The position numbers and the translations under genes were made by a program. A stretch of DNA of 64,000 nt from Escherichia phage SSBS18_WS_10_728. The stretch lies in the sequence record MT322327.1; one strand, given 5' to 3'. The first letter of the stretch is position 1; each line of letters opens with the position of its first letter. This document shows positions 26,584 through 35,520 of the stretch, piece after piece. Under the pieces are notes generated by a model. The model was not told the origin of the DNA. It did not search any database and saw only the letters and a program-made list of their open reading frames with translations.

Positions 26584-26660
26584 CCAGACCAAGTTTTAAA
26601 TTTTTTCAAAATTAAATTGGCTTGAAAATATCATACGTGCTTGCTGAATTTGGTCTTCTG
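26584..26660 (-). ncRNA. Y-like hairpin element, copy 2 (no tRNA-like domain)
   Basis: Same closing stem with compensatory change (CCAGACCA ... TGGTCTTCTG) and conserved CAGCAA motif next to the stem. Confidence 0.3.
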
Positions 26661-26748
26661 CTCCTTTAAAGAACACTCGTAAGAACCCTTTAAGGGAGGG
26701 GCTAAAATAGCCCTCTCAAAACATCATCTTGAAATACTTATTATAATT

Positions 26749-26826
26749 TGGCGGTTACGAAGGGATTTGAACCCTCATCATCTCCCGTGACAGGGGAGTA
26801 TTTTAACCAGATTAAACTACATAACC
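26749..26826 (-). tRNA. tRNA-Asp (anticodon GTC)
   Basis: Acceptor GGTTATG/CGTAACC, anticodon stem-loop CTCCC-CTGTCAC-GGGAG, T-arm GAGGG-TTCAAAT-CCCTT, G73. Confidence 0.7.
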
Positions 26827-26832
26827 TTTATT

Positions 26833-26920
26833 TGGTGTGCCGTGTAGGAGTCGAACCTACCGAGTCTCAATGACAAGGGATTTACAGTCCCCACCGCTAC
26901 CATCTACGGGATAACGACAC
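26833..26920 (-). tRNA. tRNA-Tyr (anticodon GTA), type II
   Basis: Acceptor GTGTCGT/ACGGCAC, anticodon stem-loop GGGGA-CTGTAAA-TCCCT, long variable arm, T-arm GTAGG-TTCGACT-CCTAC, A73. Confidence 0.65.
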
Positions 26921-26929
26921 ATTTAAATT

Positions 26930-27006
26930 TGGCGGTTAGTCAGGGATTCGAACCCTGTGCCATTCGCTTAACAGGCGACCGCACATACCTTATGTGCTTC
27001 CTAACC
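26930..27006 (-). tRNA. tRNA-Asn (anticodon GTT)
   Basis: D stem GCAC/GTGC, anticodon loop CTGTTAA, T-arm CAGGG-TTCGAAT-CCCTG, G73. Confidence 0.7.
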
Positions 27007-27037
27007 TTAATACATTGCCAGACCGTGTTTTTTCTTT

Positions 27038-27077
27038 TATCCGCAAAAAGTATTTTGTTGCTGAATACGGTCTTCTG
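27038..27077 (-). ncRNA. Y-like hairpin element, copy 3 (short)
   Basis: CCAGACCG ... TTGCTGAATACGGTCTTCTG with AT-rich interior, between tRNA-Asn and the second tRNA-Met. Confidence 0.3.
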
Positions 27078-27083
27078 CAAAAT

Positions 27084-27160
27084 TGGAGGCGGGTGCAGGA
27101 GTCGAACCTGCCGATACCATGCTAATGAGACATGTGAGACGCCCTTTCTCTATACCCGCA
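27084..27160 (-). tRNA. tRNA-Met (anticodon CAT), second copy; unpaired 1-72 hints at initiator
   Basis: Anticodon stem-loop CATGT-CTCATTA-GCATG, D stem GAGA/TCTC, T-arm GCAGG-TTCGACT-CCTGC; first acceptor pair mismatched. Confidence 0.55.
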
Positions 27161-27171
27161 ATTCTTAATGA

Positions 27172-27244
27172 CCAGACCAAATCTCTTCTTTGTCCGATTT
27201 ACCTTCAGATGAATAAGATTAAGTTTGCTGTAATTGGTCTTCTG
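27172..27244 (-). ncRNA. Y-like hairpin element, copy 4
   Basis: CCAGACCA ... TTGCTGTAATTGGTCTTCTG; covariation with copies 1 and 3 preserves pairing. Confidence 0.3.
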
Positions 27245-27251
27245 TCAAAAC

Positions 27252-27329
27252 TGGCGTTCCAGAAGGGATTTGAACCCTCAAATATCCACTTTGAAAGAGT
27301 GGTGACTTTACCATTTTGTCCACTGGAAC
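27252..27329 (-). tRNA. tRNA-Glu (anticodon TTC)
   Basis: Acceptor GTTCCAG/CTGGAAC, anticodon stem-loop CCACT-CTTTCAA-AGTGG, T-arm GAGGG-TTCAAAT-CCCTT, G73. Confidence 0.7.
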
Positions 27330-27336
27330 ATTAATT

Positions 27337-27413
27337 TGGTCTCTGTTGGAGGACTTGAACCTCCGGCCTTACCGCCCCAAACGGAACGCTCTACCAAGCT
27401 GAGCTAAACAGAG
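27337..27413 (-). tRNA. tRNA-Pro (anticodon TGG)
   Basis: Acceptor CTCTGTT/AACAGAG, D-arm GCTCAGCTTGGTAGAGC, anticodon loop TTTGGGG, T-arm GGAGG-TTCAAGT-CCTCC, A73. Confidence 0.7.
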
Positions 27414-27537
27414 ATAAACTTTTCAAACTCTATGTAACCACTTTAACATTATTTTTTAGTGGTTGTCAAGAACTTTTTTAAAATATTTTTCAGTATCTTA
27501 GAAAAGCTCTCATTTCGTTTCTATGTAGAACATATTA

Positions 27538-27572
27538 AAGGGTATCAAACACATTGTCAATACCCTTTTTAA
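27538..27572. terminator. terminator-like hairpin
   Basis: 8 bp stem AAGGGTAT/ATACCCTT followed by TTTTT on plus strand, between tRNA cluster and vWA gene. Confidence 0.35.
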
Positions 27573-27578
27573 AACTTT

Positions 27579-28994
27579 TTACCAGATGTAACGGTCAATC
27601 ATTACTGCTTTGAGCATTACGCTGGTTGGGTCAAACTTCTCACCACCAAGCAGAGCTTTTAAAGTGGCTGGAGAGAACCCTGATACCATTGCTACACCGT
27701 TATCCTTAACAGATACTTCGCAAGTACCATTACGGTTTGCTAAGTACCAGAATACCAGTTGTGGCATTTCGTATCCAGCTTTTTTGTACTTACTACGAAT
27801 TGCTTCAAAGTTTGTACGACCATTTGCACCATCAACCTGATTAAACTCCATATCAGAGAAGATGATAAGCTTACTTGGCATATCTTTCTGAGTCAAGTTG
27901 TTTCTCTTACCTGTCTCAAGAATACGGTCAAAAGCTGCTTGTAAATTAGTTGAACCATACTCAACATGACGCATCACCTGACGATGACGGTTTCGTAAAT
28001 CACCACTCAGTTCGATGAAGTGAGGGTTTGTTGAGTAAACCATTAACTCATTCTTAAAGCAACCAGTATTGCGTTCTGCTACATACAAGGCAAGTGATAC
28101 ACCAATATCAAGTGCAGTGATTGAACCAAGATTCACCCAAGACATTGAGCTTGAAACATCAGTCATACACAAGATGTTCTCACCTTCTGCCATCCAGTTT
28201 GGTAGTGCTTTCCACTGCTCATTGGCAACATCTGCATTACCATGTTTGATAGACTTAATCACATCGTATGGGTAAACAGCACCAGCGTTAATCTTAGCCT
28301 CACCCTTTGAGAGTGACTCGATGTAAGCTTTGTAACGTTCTCCATCTTTACGGTTAAAGAGTTTTTGGTAACGTGCAGCAGCAAGAGAAGGAATCTTACT
28401 GTAGTCGATTTTACCAAACTCATTAGCAGAGATTTTTTGCTCAACTGTATCAGAAAGTGCAGACAACAGTGTGCGGTACTCTTTCTCACTCAAGTTAGCA
28501 AACTTGCAGAAACGTTTTACAAACTGTTTGTGGCGTGGTTTTACTCGTGGTAACCACTTGGCTGCTAAACCTGCTGTTTCAGGGTCTAGTAATGCTGCTT
28601 CTAAGTGCTTAAAGGCATCTGTCTCAAAACGAGTACCTACGAAGATTTTGAAGTCATCAAAACGACCAAGCTCTGCAATCTTATCCATAATGCGAAGAAC
28701 CTGTGTAGGCTCTAAAACTTTATCTTCAATTGCTTGAAGTAAAACAGTTCTGAAGGCTTTACGCTCACCCATACCTTCTCGTACATCTCGCATGTGAAGC
28801 AAAATACGAACTGCAACATCAACATCCTCACGCAAAGCTTTGTAGAACAAATCTGGTAAGATTTCTACATTACTACGGCTGGAACCAGCAGCTTTGTAAA
28901 AGTCCACAAGAGCAGACATTGATGAAGTATGGTTTACAGCACCATTTTCAGTTCGACCTGCATGAAGGTGCGCATGTTTAAATAATTCGCTCAT
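27579..28994 (-). CDS. vWA-domain protein with MIDAS motif; possible Ro60/Rsr-like
   Basis: 471 aa; N-terminal ~260 aa helical region plus C-terminal vWA-like region with DxSxS (CMTDVSSSMS); TROVE/Ro60 relationship is inference only. Confidence 0.55.
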   Translation of the reverse strand: MSELFKHAHLHAGRTENGAVNHTSSMSALVDFYKAAGSSRSNVEILPDLFYKALREDVDVAVRILLHMRDVREGMGERKAFRTVLLQAIEDKVLEPTQVLRIMDKIAELGRFDDFKIFVGTRFETDAFKHLEAALLDPETAGLAAKWLPRVKPRHKQFVKRFCKFANLSEKEYRTLLSALSDTVEQKISANEFGKIDYSKIPSLAAARYQKLFNRKDGERYKAYIESLSKGEAKINAGAVYPYDVIKSIKHGNADVANEQWKALPNWMAEGENILCMTDVSSSMSWVNLGSITALDIGVSLALYVAERNTGCFKNELMVYSTNPHFIELSGDLRNRHRQVMRHVEYGSTNLQAAFDRILETGKRNNLTQKDMPSKLIIFSDMEFNQVDGANGRTNFEAIRSKYKKAGYEMPQLVFWYLANRNGTCEVSVKDNGVAMVSGFSPATLKALLGGEKFDPTSVMLKAVMIDRYIW

Positions 28995-29075
28995 ATTTTA
29001 CTCTCTTCTCTCATTTGTTGTTTGATGTGACAGACTTTAGAGCAACTTTGTAGAGTCTGTCAACACCTTTTAAAA

Positions 29076-29447
29076 TTATTTTTTGAGAGTCGCTACAGCA
29101 GAGAACGTTGGTTTGTTATCTGTCTGAGGTTGACCAGCACTATCAGGGGTCTTCTTAGTGTCTGCTGCAAGTGCTTTCATCTCACCTGCTGAGTGAGTAA
29201 AGATGGTCTTACCGACCTCAATCATACTCTTGATGTTTACGTCATCTGTGTTTAACCCGAACTCTGCAAGCTTAGCAGCATCCCTTGTAACAATCGCCTC
29301 AAACAGCTTTGCAGCAAACTCAGCAGAATTATCAATGGTCAGTTGAGCTTTTACAAGTGAACTTTTGTTACGAGAGCCTTTTGGTCTTCCAGATGGGTTT
29401 CCAGATTGGCCTTTTTTAAACTGGCCTTTGTTTGTTCTGTTTTTCAT
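29076..29447 (-). CDS. small basic protein with KGQSGNPSGRPKG motif (DUF5681-like)
   Basis: 123 aa; N-terminal FKKGQSGNPSGRPKGSRNK motif common in small phage DNA-binding or terminase-small-like proteins. Confidence 0.5.
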   Translation of the reverse strand: MKNRTNKGQFKKGQSGNPSGRPKGSRNKSSLVKAQLTIDNSAEFAAKLFEAIVTRDAAKLAEFGLNTDDVNIKSMIEVGKTIFTHSAGEMKALAADTKKTPDSAGQPQTDNKPTFSAVATLKK

Positions 29448-29696
29448 TGGTATGCCTCTTATAAGACCTCTTAAAAGGCTTTTAAGATAAAAGATAGATA
29501 TCCAGAAAGATATCTGTTTAAATAGCCTTTTTAGAGGAACCTTTTAAGTTATCTTCTAAGTATTTATAAGCCTACACCTTGTCAAGTCCTTTGTCAACAA
29601 CTTTTTTAACTTGCAATAGTTCTTGACTTGTTGTATGGATTACTGTACCATCTTACTTAAAGCTGTAGGTCTGCCTTGTTCTACAAAGGAGACTTA

Positions 29697-29858
29697 ATGA
29701 GAAAATCAAATAACCCGAAGAAAGGTAAAAATACCAATCACTGTAAGGAATCAAAAAGGGTAGAGTTACTCTACTATTCATCCTCTGAAATTGGTCTGTA
29801 CCTGTTCTTTCAAAATTACAGAAGACAAGAGGATTATCTATGTGTAGTTCCCAATTAG
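29697..29858 (+). CDS. hypothetical small protein
   Basis: 53 aa ORF with strong RBS AAGGAGACTTA before ATG at 29697; first gene of plus operon. Confidence 0.3.
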   Translation: MRKSNNPKKGKNTNHCKESKRVELLYYSSSEIGLYLFFQNYRRQEDYLCVVPN

Positions 29859-30073
29859 AAATCGCAGATATTATAGATTTATATCAAACTGCAAAGAGTC
29901 ATGGCTATATAACCTCAATTGGAAAGAATAGTCACTATGATGCTTTGACTGGAATGTATTTCAGGGCAATGGCTCAATCTAGTGAACAACACTTAGTGGT
30001 TTCTTCCAGTGAGTTTACTTCGTTTCTCTATTGCAGCAAAATCATAAATCGCAGGAGAACTGAAAAATGTTAA
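29840..30073 (+). CDS. hypothetical protein
   Basis: 77 aa ORF with GAGG RBS; overlaps neighbours by a few nt. Confidence 0.35.
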   Translation: MCSSQLEIADIIDLYQTAKSHGYITSIGKNSHYDALTGMYFRAMAQSSEQHLVVSSSEFTSFLYCSKIINRRRTEKC

Positions 30074-30657
30074 CAGTAAGTTTTAATTACAATAGTGATG
30101 GCTCTGTATCAATTAATTCACCGTATGCAAATGACCTATTGAAAGAGTTAGTTAACCAGTGTGAAAGAGGTCTTCACTATGTTCCAAATTCTTTTAAGCA
30201 GAAGACTATCGCTAACAATCTGATGCGTGTGACGGTTACAACATCAAATCCAAACTATGATATTGATAGTGAAAGCCCTTATTCTTTAGTGGCTCTTGGA
30301 GAGTGTAGTCAATTTAAGCTTGTCTGCCACGACTCAGAAACATTTCTTAAGGTGTTTTCCAACCTTATTCACAATAATAAGTACGGGTATGTTGATGGTA
30401 GTGTAAACTTCTATCCAGCAAACTATACATGCCTATTGATTGATAATATGAGAAGTAGCAAGCAAGAGCCTACAGAAATCTCATTTGATGTGAACTCTAG
30501 TCCAGACGCAGAAACAAGTAATAACTTTGATATGAGTTACGCGCTATCACTTAGTAAGAAATCCGAGTTCATTGATTATGTCAATGGATTTGGTTTTAAG
30601 TTTGACGAGAACATGAATCTCAAAAAACTTAAGAACCTACTTAAGACCAAAGCTTAA
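30067..30657 (+). CDS. hypothetical protein
   Basis: 196 aa ORF with GGAG RBS. Confidence 0.45.
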   Translation: MLTVSFNYNSDGSVSINSPYANDLLKELVNQCERGLHYVPNSFKQKTIANNLMRVTVTTSNPNYDIDSESPYSLVALGECSQFKLVCHDSETFLKVFSNLIHNNKYGYVDGSVNFYPANYTCLLIDNMRSSKQEPTEISFDVNSSPDAETSNNFDMSYALSLSKKSEFIDYVNGFGFKFDENMNLKKLKNLLKTKA

Positions 30658-30704
30658 GTATAAACAGGGGCTAATGCCCCTTTATCTATTTATAAGGATA
30701 TTTA

Positions 30705-31076
30705 ATGAAGGCTAAGAGTGCAAAAGACTTTTATTGCTTCCTACAATCCTATATCAATTCCGTGGAGAAAGGTGATAGATATAATCTTAAAGATGTTATT
30801 ACATCACCTTTAACATGGAGACTTAGCAAATGGCCTGAAGAAGATATCACACCCACTAGTAAACAACCTACCTACATCCCAGATATTAATCTCCCAGATT
30901 CAGATAAGTTATTGTACCCAATGTTCCACATTGTTGGGCTTGGTACATTTCTTATGGATATCCAGTATGTAATTGGTAAGGGTTATAAGGTTGAAGGTAT
31001 TGTTGTTGGTGATGTATCTCCACAACATAAAGGCTATTTTAGATTAAACGCACGTTTAGAGGCTAAAAAGAAATGA
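30705..31076 (+). CDS. hypothetical protein, paralog of N-terminal domain of the Ig-like repeat protein
   Basis: 123 aa; alignable by eye to residues 1-120 of the next ORF (shared YxPDxxxPxSDxLLY and MDxQYxI motifs). Confidence 0.5.
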   Translation: MKAKSAKDFYCFLQSYINSVEKGDRYNLKDVITSPLTWRLSKWPEEDITPTSKQPTYIPDINLPDSDKLLYPMFHIVGLGTFLMDIQYVIGKGYKVEGIVVGDVSPQHKGYFRLNARLEAKKK

Positions 31077-32206
31077 TTAAAGCAAAGACTTACCCAGACT
31101 TCAAAGAATTTGTAAAAGGTTTCGTTGCAAATGTAAAGGCTGGTAAGAGATATGATTTTAGAACATATCAAGAAGCTATTTTACCACTCACCTATAGCTC
31201 ATATTGGCCTGAAGCTGATATTGCAGAGGTTGAGAAGTTTGACTACAAACCAGACTACAAAGTTCCTTTCAGTGATGAACTTCTTTACAGTGTTGGTGCA
31301 CAGATGAGAACTGCTGATTTCTTCATGGATTTACAGTATGCAATCATCAATGGTAAAGATGTTGACACAGTATATTGTGAATGGTTGGCAAGAGTTAAGC
31401 CGTTCTCAATGTTGAATGCTAAGTTGAAGGATGCCATTAAGCCACCAGTAATTACTCAGCAGCCAACAAACCAAACAGTCAATGAGGGTGGAGCACTTAC
31501 CCTAAGTGTTCTCGCAACCAATGCCACTGGGTATCAATGGAAGAAGGATGGTGAGGATATCTCAAGTGCCACTTCTGCAACTTACACAAAACAGTCGGTA
31601 GCTCCTTCTGATGCTGGCTCATACACTTGCGTTGTGTCTGGAGAGGGTGGAACAAGTGTCACCTCAGATGCAGCAACAGTTACTGTTAACGCACTACCTG
31701 TTATTACCAAGCAACCTTCTAGTCAGACTATCAATGAAGGTGGGAACATCAACTTAGCAGTGACTGCAACAGGTGCAACTGGTTACCAATGGAAGAAAGA
31801 TGGTGCTAACATCCCTTCAGCTACGAAGGCCAACTACAGCAAATCTGGTGCGCTTCCAGCAGATGCAGGTTCTTACACATGTGTTGTGACTGGTGCTGGA
31901 GGTTCTGTTACTTCTAGCCCTGCAACAATTACGGTAAAGGCTTTGCCAGTTATCACTCAACAGCCAGCAAATCAAGAAATCACTGAAGGAGAGACCTTAA
32001 CGCTGAATGTTGTGGCTACTGGTGCAACAGGTTATCAGTGGAAGAAAGGTGAGGAAGTCATCCCAGACGCAACTGCTGCAACTTACACCAAAGAAGGTGC
32101 AACCGCTGCTGATGCAGGAAGCTACACCTGTGTAGTGACTGGCGCAGGTGGCTCTGTAACATCTAATGCAGCAACAGTTACAGTTAACCCAACAGGGGAG
32201 GCATAA
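31073..32206 (+). CDS. Ig-like domain repeat protein (three tandem Ig-like domains)
   Basis: 377 aa; three ~80 aa repeats PVITQQPxNQxxNEG...ATGYQWKKDG...DAGSYTCVVTGAGGSVTS...ATVTV. Confidence 0.6.
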   Translation: MIKAKTYPDFKEFVKGFVANVKAGKRYDFRTYQEAILPLTYSSYWPEADIAEVEKFDYKPDYKVPFSDELLYSVGAQMRTADFFMDLQYAIINGKDVDTVYCEWLARVKPFSMLNAKLKDAIKPPVITQQPTNQTVNEGGALTLSVLATNATGYQWKKDGEDISSATSATYTKQSVAPSDAGSYTCVVSGEGGTSVTSDAATVTVNALPVITKQPSSQTINEGGNINLAVTATGATGYQWKKDGANIPSATKANYSKSGALPADAGSYTCVVTGAGGSVTSSPATITVKALPVITQQPANQEITEGETLTLNVVATGATGYQWKKGEEVIPDATAATYTKEGATAADAGSYTCVVTGAGGSVTSNAATVTVNPTGEA

Positions 32207-32670
32207 TGCAACTCTCAAGAAAAGGTTTAGAGGCTATTAAGTTCTTTGAAGGTCTGAAGTTAGAGGCTTACAAAGATTCTGCCGGAATCCCAACAATCGG
32301 GTATGGTACAATCCGTATTGACGGGAAACCTGTTAAGATGGGTATGAAAATCACGGCTGAACAAGCTGAACAGTATCTTCTCGCAGATGTTGAAAAGTTC
32401 GTTGCAGCAGTGAATAAAGCTATCAAGGTTCCAACTTCTCAGAATGAGTTTGACGCACTTGTAAGTGAAACATACAACATCGGTATCACAGCTATGCAGG
32501 ATTCTACATTTATCAAGCGCCACAATGCTGGTAATAAGGTAGGTTGTGCAGAAGCTATGCAGTGGTGGAACAAGGTCACAGTCAAGGGTAAGAAGGTCAC
32601 TTCAAACGGACTGAAAAACAGACGTAGAATGGAAGCTGACATTTATCTTGACAGTGTATACCCAAAGTAA
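32206..32670 (+). CDS. endolysin, GH24 lysozyme family
   Basis: 154 aa; EGLKLEAYKDSAGIPTIGYGT catalytic region typical of T4/lambda-type lysozymes. Confidence 0.85.
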   Translation: MQLSRKGLEAIKFFEGLKLEAYKDSAGIPTIGYGTIRIDGKPVKMGMKITAEQAEQYLLADVEKFVAAVNKAIKVPTSQNEFDALVSETYNIGITAMQDSTFIKRHNAGNKVGCAEAMQWWNKVTVKGKKVTSNGLKNRRRMEADIYLDSVYPK

Positions 32671-32680
32671 TATCTTCATA

Positions 32681-32704
32681 GGCTCCTTCGGGAGCCTTTT
32701 TTAT
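32681..32704 (+). terminator. intrinsic terminator
   Basis: GGCTCCTTCGGGAGCC hairpin followed by TTTTTT, right after endolysin stop. Confidence 0.7.
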
Positions 32705-32721
32705 TTTCTAAGGAGAACACT

Positions 32722-33120
32722 ATGAAGCTTTGGGCTAGTGACTTTGGGACTTTTAAGTACACTCGTAACGGTTCACTTGTACGCATCATTGGAAACAATG
32801 TAGTTTCAAGAGGTGACAAGGTGTATACACGGTTTACTGTAGAGCTTGTTGAACTGTCACCTATTGAGTCTGTGAACAATGGCATGTTCAAGTTTGAGAC
32901 TTACAATGTCAATGAGCATGGACAATTCAATCCTCTTGGTGAAAGTGGACTTGATATTATTTCAGAGCACCCATTGACAAAAGAGCAACTTGCAGGTTAC
33001 TATAAAACTGTTCTGGAAAGGCAGTTAGCAACACATGAACAAGAAGCTAACTACCATTTACAGCATTGCGAAACTTTAAGAGCAAAAATCGAACAAGCAG
33101 AGAGAGGTTTTTATGAATAA
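32722..33120 (+). CDS. hypothetical protein
   Basis: 132 aa ORF with AAGGAGA RBS. Confidence 0.45.
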   Translation: MKLWASDFGTFKYTRNGSLVRIIGNNVVSRGDKVYTRFTVELVELSPIESVNNGMFKFETYNVNEHGQFNPLGESGLDIISEHPLTKEQLAGYYKTVLERQLATHEQEANYHLQHCETLRAKIEQAERGFYE

Positions 33121-33508
33121 TAACAGTCATATCCACGTTAAAGTTGATGTCAGTCGTTACAGCGAAAATGAGGAACTAGACCTGCAAGATGCTCTTCTAT
33201 TTGAGAAGAATGGCAATCTCCATTTGCATTTTGAAGGTACAAATACGTACCTCCACAGATGCCGAGATGATGCAGACGGTTGTCCTGTTTTTGCTTGGTA
33301 TAATTTAGAGTTTCCTCTTTATGCCATCCACTATCCAGATGGTGGAGAAGACTGGACTACCCAATCAATCTTTGATGAACTTAACGGTATTCCTGTTGAG
33401 CAAGAAGAGCAAGAGCCTGTTGAACTCACCTTCACCTTCGTCAAAGAAGAAACGGTTGGTGATTTGTCAGTAACTGAAGCTATTCAGGTAACACAGGTTA
33501 TTCGTTAA
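33113..33508 (+). CDS. hypothetical protein
   Basis: 131 aa ORF, overlapping start-stop coupling. Confidence 0.45.
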   Translation: MNNNSHIHVKVDVSRYSENEELDLQDALLFEKNGNLHLHFEGTNTYLHRCRDDADGCPVFAWYNLEFPLYAIHYPDGGEDWTTQSIFDELNGIPVEQEEQEPVELTFTFVKEETVGDLSVTEAIQVTQVIR

Positions 33509-33801
33509 TGAGTAAAGTACAGGTTATTTTCCCTATTTGTGACTTCTCACTAGAACGTGAACTTGACCTGTACGAAGAAATTACTGACGAAATCATCTGG
33601 TCTGTTGTAGAAGAGGCTATCAAGAAACTGTATGGTGGCCTCTTAAATCCATCAAGTAAAAAGCTTAACACTAAACAAGTAGCTGATACGTACACTTCAT
33701 ACGATGCTTACAACAAACCTTTTGAGAATACCTGCTTTGACCTTATGGTAGGTAATAATAAAGTCAACTATTTCTTCGTCAGAGAGTTTAACGATGAGTA
33801 A
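33508..33801 (+). CDS. hypothetical protein
   Basis: 97 aa ORF, ATGA overlap with upstream gene. Confidence 0.4.
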   Translation: MSKVQVIFPICDFSLERELDLYEEITDEIIWSVVEEAIKKLYGGLLNPSSKKLNTKQVADTYTSYDAYNKPFENTCFDLMVGNNKVNYFFVREFNDE

Positions 33802-34138
33802 GCTCCATGTCACAGTGTACAAAAACTTCTCAGATATCAAAGAGTCTTTAACTAATAAGCTTGACATGCAACGGAAAAGGCTCTTTTTAATGTACGATAT
33901 CGACAACTACAACCACCCTAAAGAGTTCAACTACAAAGATGGTACAAAGGTTGTCGAATTTGAAGATTCTGTAACGGTGTATGTTAAACACGACTTACCA
34001 GCAAAGTACATAGGAATGCTAGAGTACTACATATTCAAACATACAGGTATGCGTGGTGAAGCTGTTAAGATATCTTCTATAGAAGTTTTTGAGAAACCTA
34101 ACACACAACTTAAAAAGTATTTAATGAGGAAACTGTAA
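33794..34138 (+). CDS. hypothetical protein
   Basis: 114 aa ORF. Confidence 0.4.
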   Translation: MSKLHVTVYKNFSDIKESLTNKLDMQRKRLFLMYDIDNYNHPKEFNYKDGTKVVEFEDSVTVYVKHDLPAKYIGMLEYYIFKHTGMRGEAVKISSIEVFEKPNTQLKKYLMRKL

Positions 34139-34728
34139 TGTCTGAAGAGCAACAGGATATTATCCCACAAGTAACACTGGTTCAACATTTTGGAAACATT
34201 GAAGGGTGTGTTGCACTTTTTCAACCAAGTATCAATTCCCCTGCAAAAGTTTGCAAGTTGACTATGAATGTTAATAACATTAGTGTCTGTCTTGTTGATG
34301 AAGTCCAGTACTTCAAGTTTAATGACAGAGAAGTTGACGCTGCACTATTGAAGTACCGAGCAAATCTCGAAAAAGATATTGACCATAAAGAGCTTGTCAC
34401 ATTGTTTGGTGACCTTCACAAGCTTCTTGAAAAGGTTATGAAGCGTACATACTACATGAACAATGGTTCAATTATCACCACCATGATTTCACCATGTATC
34501 TCTGAGCCAATTCTGACCGATGATGGTGGGTACTATGTTGTAGCATCAGCAGATTCTGACTGGTGGATGAAAAATACAGCACTTAAGACGGTTATTGAGG
34601 CTATTCGTGAGCATATCCCTTCATTCAGCCCGTGGAAAGGTAAAGGTGATGACTTTATCGCATTGTTGAGTGAAGAAAGCAGCAAACGTAGTGCATTGAT
34701 GCCTAAGAAATACTCTTGCAGAGTATAA
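34138..34728 (+). CDS. hypothetical protein
   Basis: 196 aa ORF. Confidence 0.45.
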   Translation: MSEEQQDIIPQVTLVQHFGNIEGCVALFQPSINSPAKVCKLTMNVNNISVCLVDEVQYFKFNDREVDAALLKYRANLEKDIDHKELVTLFGDLHKLLEKVMKRTYYMNNGSIITTMISPCISEPILTDDGGYYVVASADSDWWMKNTALKTVIEAIREHIPSFSPWKGKGDDFIALLSEESSKRSALMPKKYSCRV

Positions 34729-34786
34729 AATATTATCTATAATGGGAGCTATCGAGAGGTAGTTCCCTTTTTAGTTTCTTAAGAAG

Positions 34787-35020
34787 ATGCGTGGTGAAAG
34801 AATGAAAAAGCTAACTACAGTTGAAGATTACTACAAACTGTCCCTATTAGAACAATATCGTAGAAGTCAGAATATCAGGAAATGCTATGGCAAACACGCT
34901 GAAGGTGACTTTTACCGTTGCTACGATGCAGATTTAAAAGGTGTAACACCTAGAGGGAAAGTCCTGCAAAGACTTGTTGACCTTGAGTGGGACAAACGAT
35001 TGAGAGGGGTTGGGAAATGA
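34787..35020 (+). CDS. hypothetical protein
   Basis: 77 aa ORF. Confidence 0.35.
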   Translation: MRGERMKKLTTVEDYYKLSLLEQYRRSQNIRKCYGKHAEGDFYRCYDADLKGVTPRGKVLQRLVDLEWDKRLRGVGK

Positions 35021-35520
35021 TTTACGAAGAAAGATATAAGATAGATTATCAGGATACTCGTCATCATACTTCTTTGAGAGTAACCAAACCAAATGGAGAT
35101 ACTGGTATTATAGCACATTTTGGTGGTGATTATTGGTATGGCACAGGTTGCTTTGAAGGTTACAATAAAGAATACTTGAAAGCTTTCTACAGAGACTTTA
35201 CAAATGACTACAACAGGGTTGTTGACGAAAAGAATAAGTGCATTAAGCATGAACACCATGCCAGAGGTTGTTTAAGTACGGTAATGATACTGGCATTTTT
35301 CTTAGCAACATTACTGGCAGTATCAGCAATCAGTTACATAGCTCAAGATTTAACCATTACACAGATTACCGCAAAGGTATATGATGTCTGGTACTTGTAT
35401 GCTGTTCCTTTAGCTGGTATCATCATCTCACTAATGAGATTCAGAGTTCATAAGAAACGACTCAAGGACTCTGAGGTTAAACTTGAAGAGGTAAGTAAAG
35501 AATGCAACCTACAATTATAG
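35017..35520 (+). CDS. hypothetical membrane protein (two C-terminal TM helices)
   Basis: ORF-track ORF 34987..35520 trimmed to ATG at 35017 with GAGGGG RBS; hydrophobic VMILAFFLATLLAVSAISYI and AVPLAGIIISLM segments. Confidence 0.4.
   Translation: MIYEERYKIDYQDTRHHTSLRVTKPNGDTGIIAHFGGDYWYGTGCFEGYNKEYLKAFYRDFTNDYNRVVDEKNKCIKHEHHARGCLSTVMILAFFLATLLAVSAISYIAQDLTITQITAKVYDVWYLYAVPLAGIIISLMRFRVHKKRLKDSEVKLEEVSKECNLQL

Noticed and set aside
25862-27334. Plus-strand ORFs 25862-26206, 26342-26599, 26929-27168, 27083-27334
   Set aside because: Each spans tRNA genes or the Y-like elements on the opposite strand; translations are low complexity
27440-27468. Hairpin AACCACT...AGTGGTT as a terminator
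   Set aside because: No U-run on either strand immediately after the stem
29588-29660. Sigma70-like promoter for the plus operon (TTGACT, 17 bp, TACCAT)
   Set aside because: The -10 match is weak and other spacings are non-canonical; left unannotated
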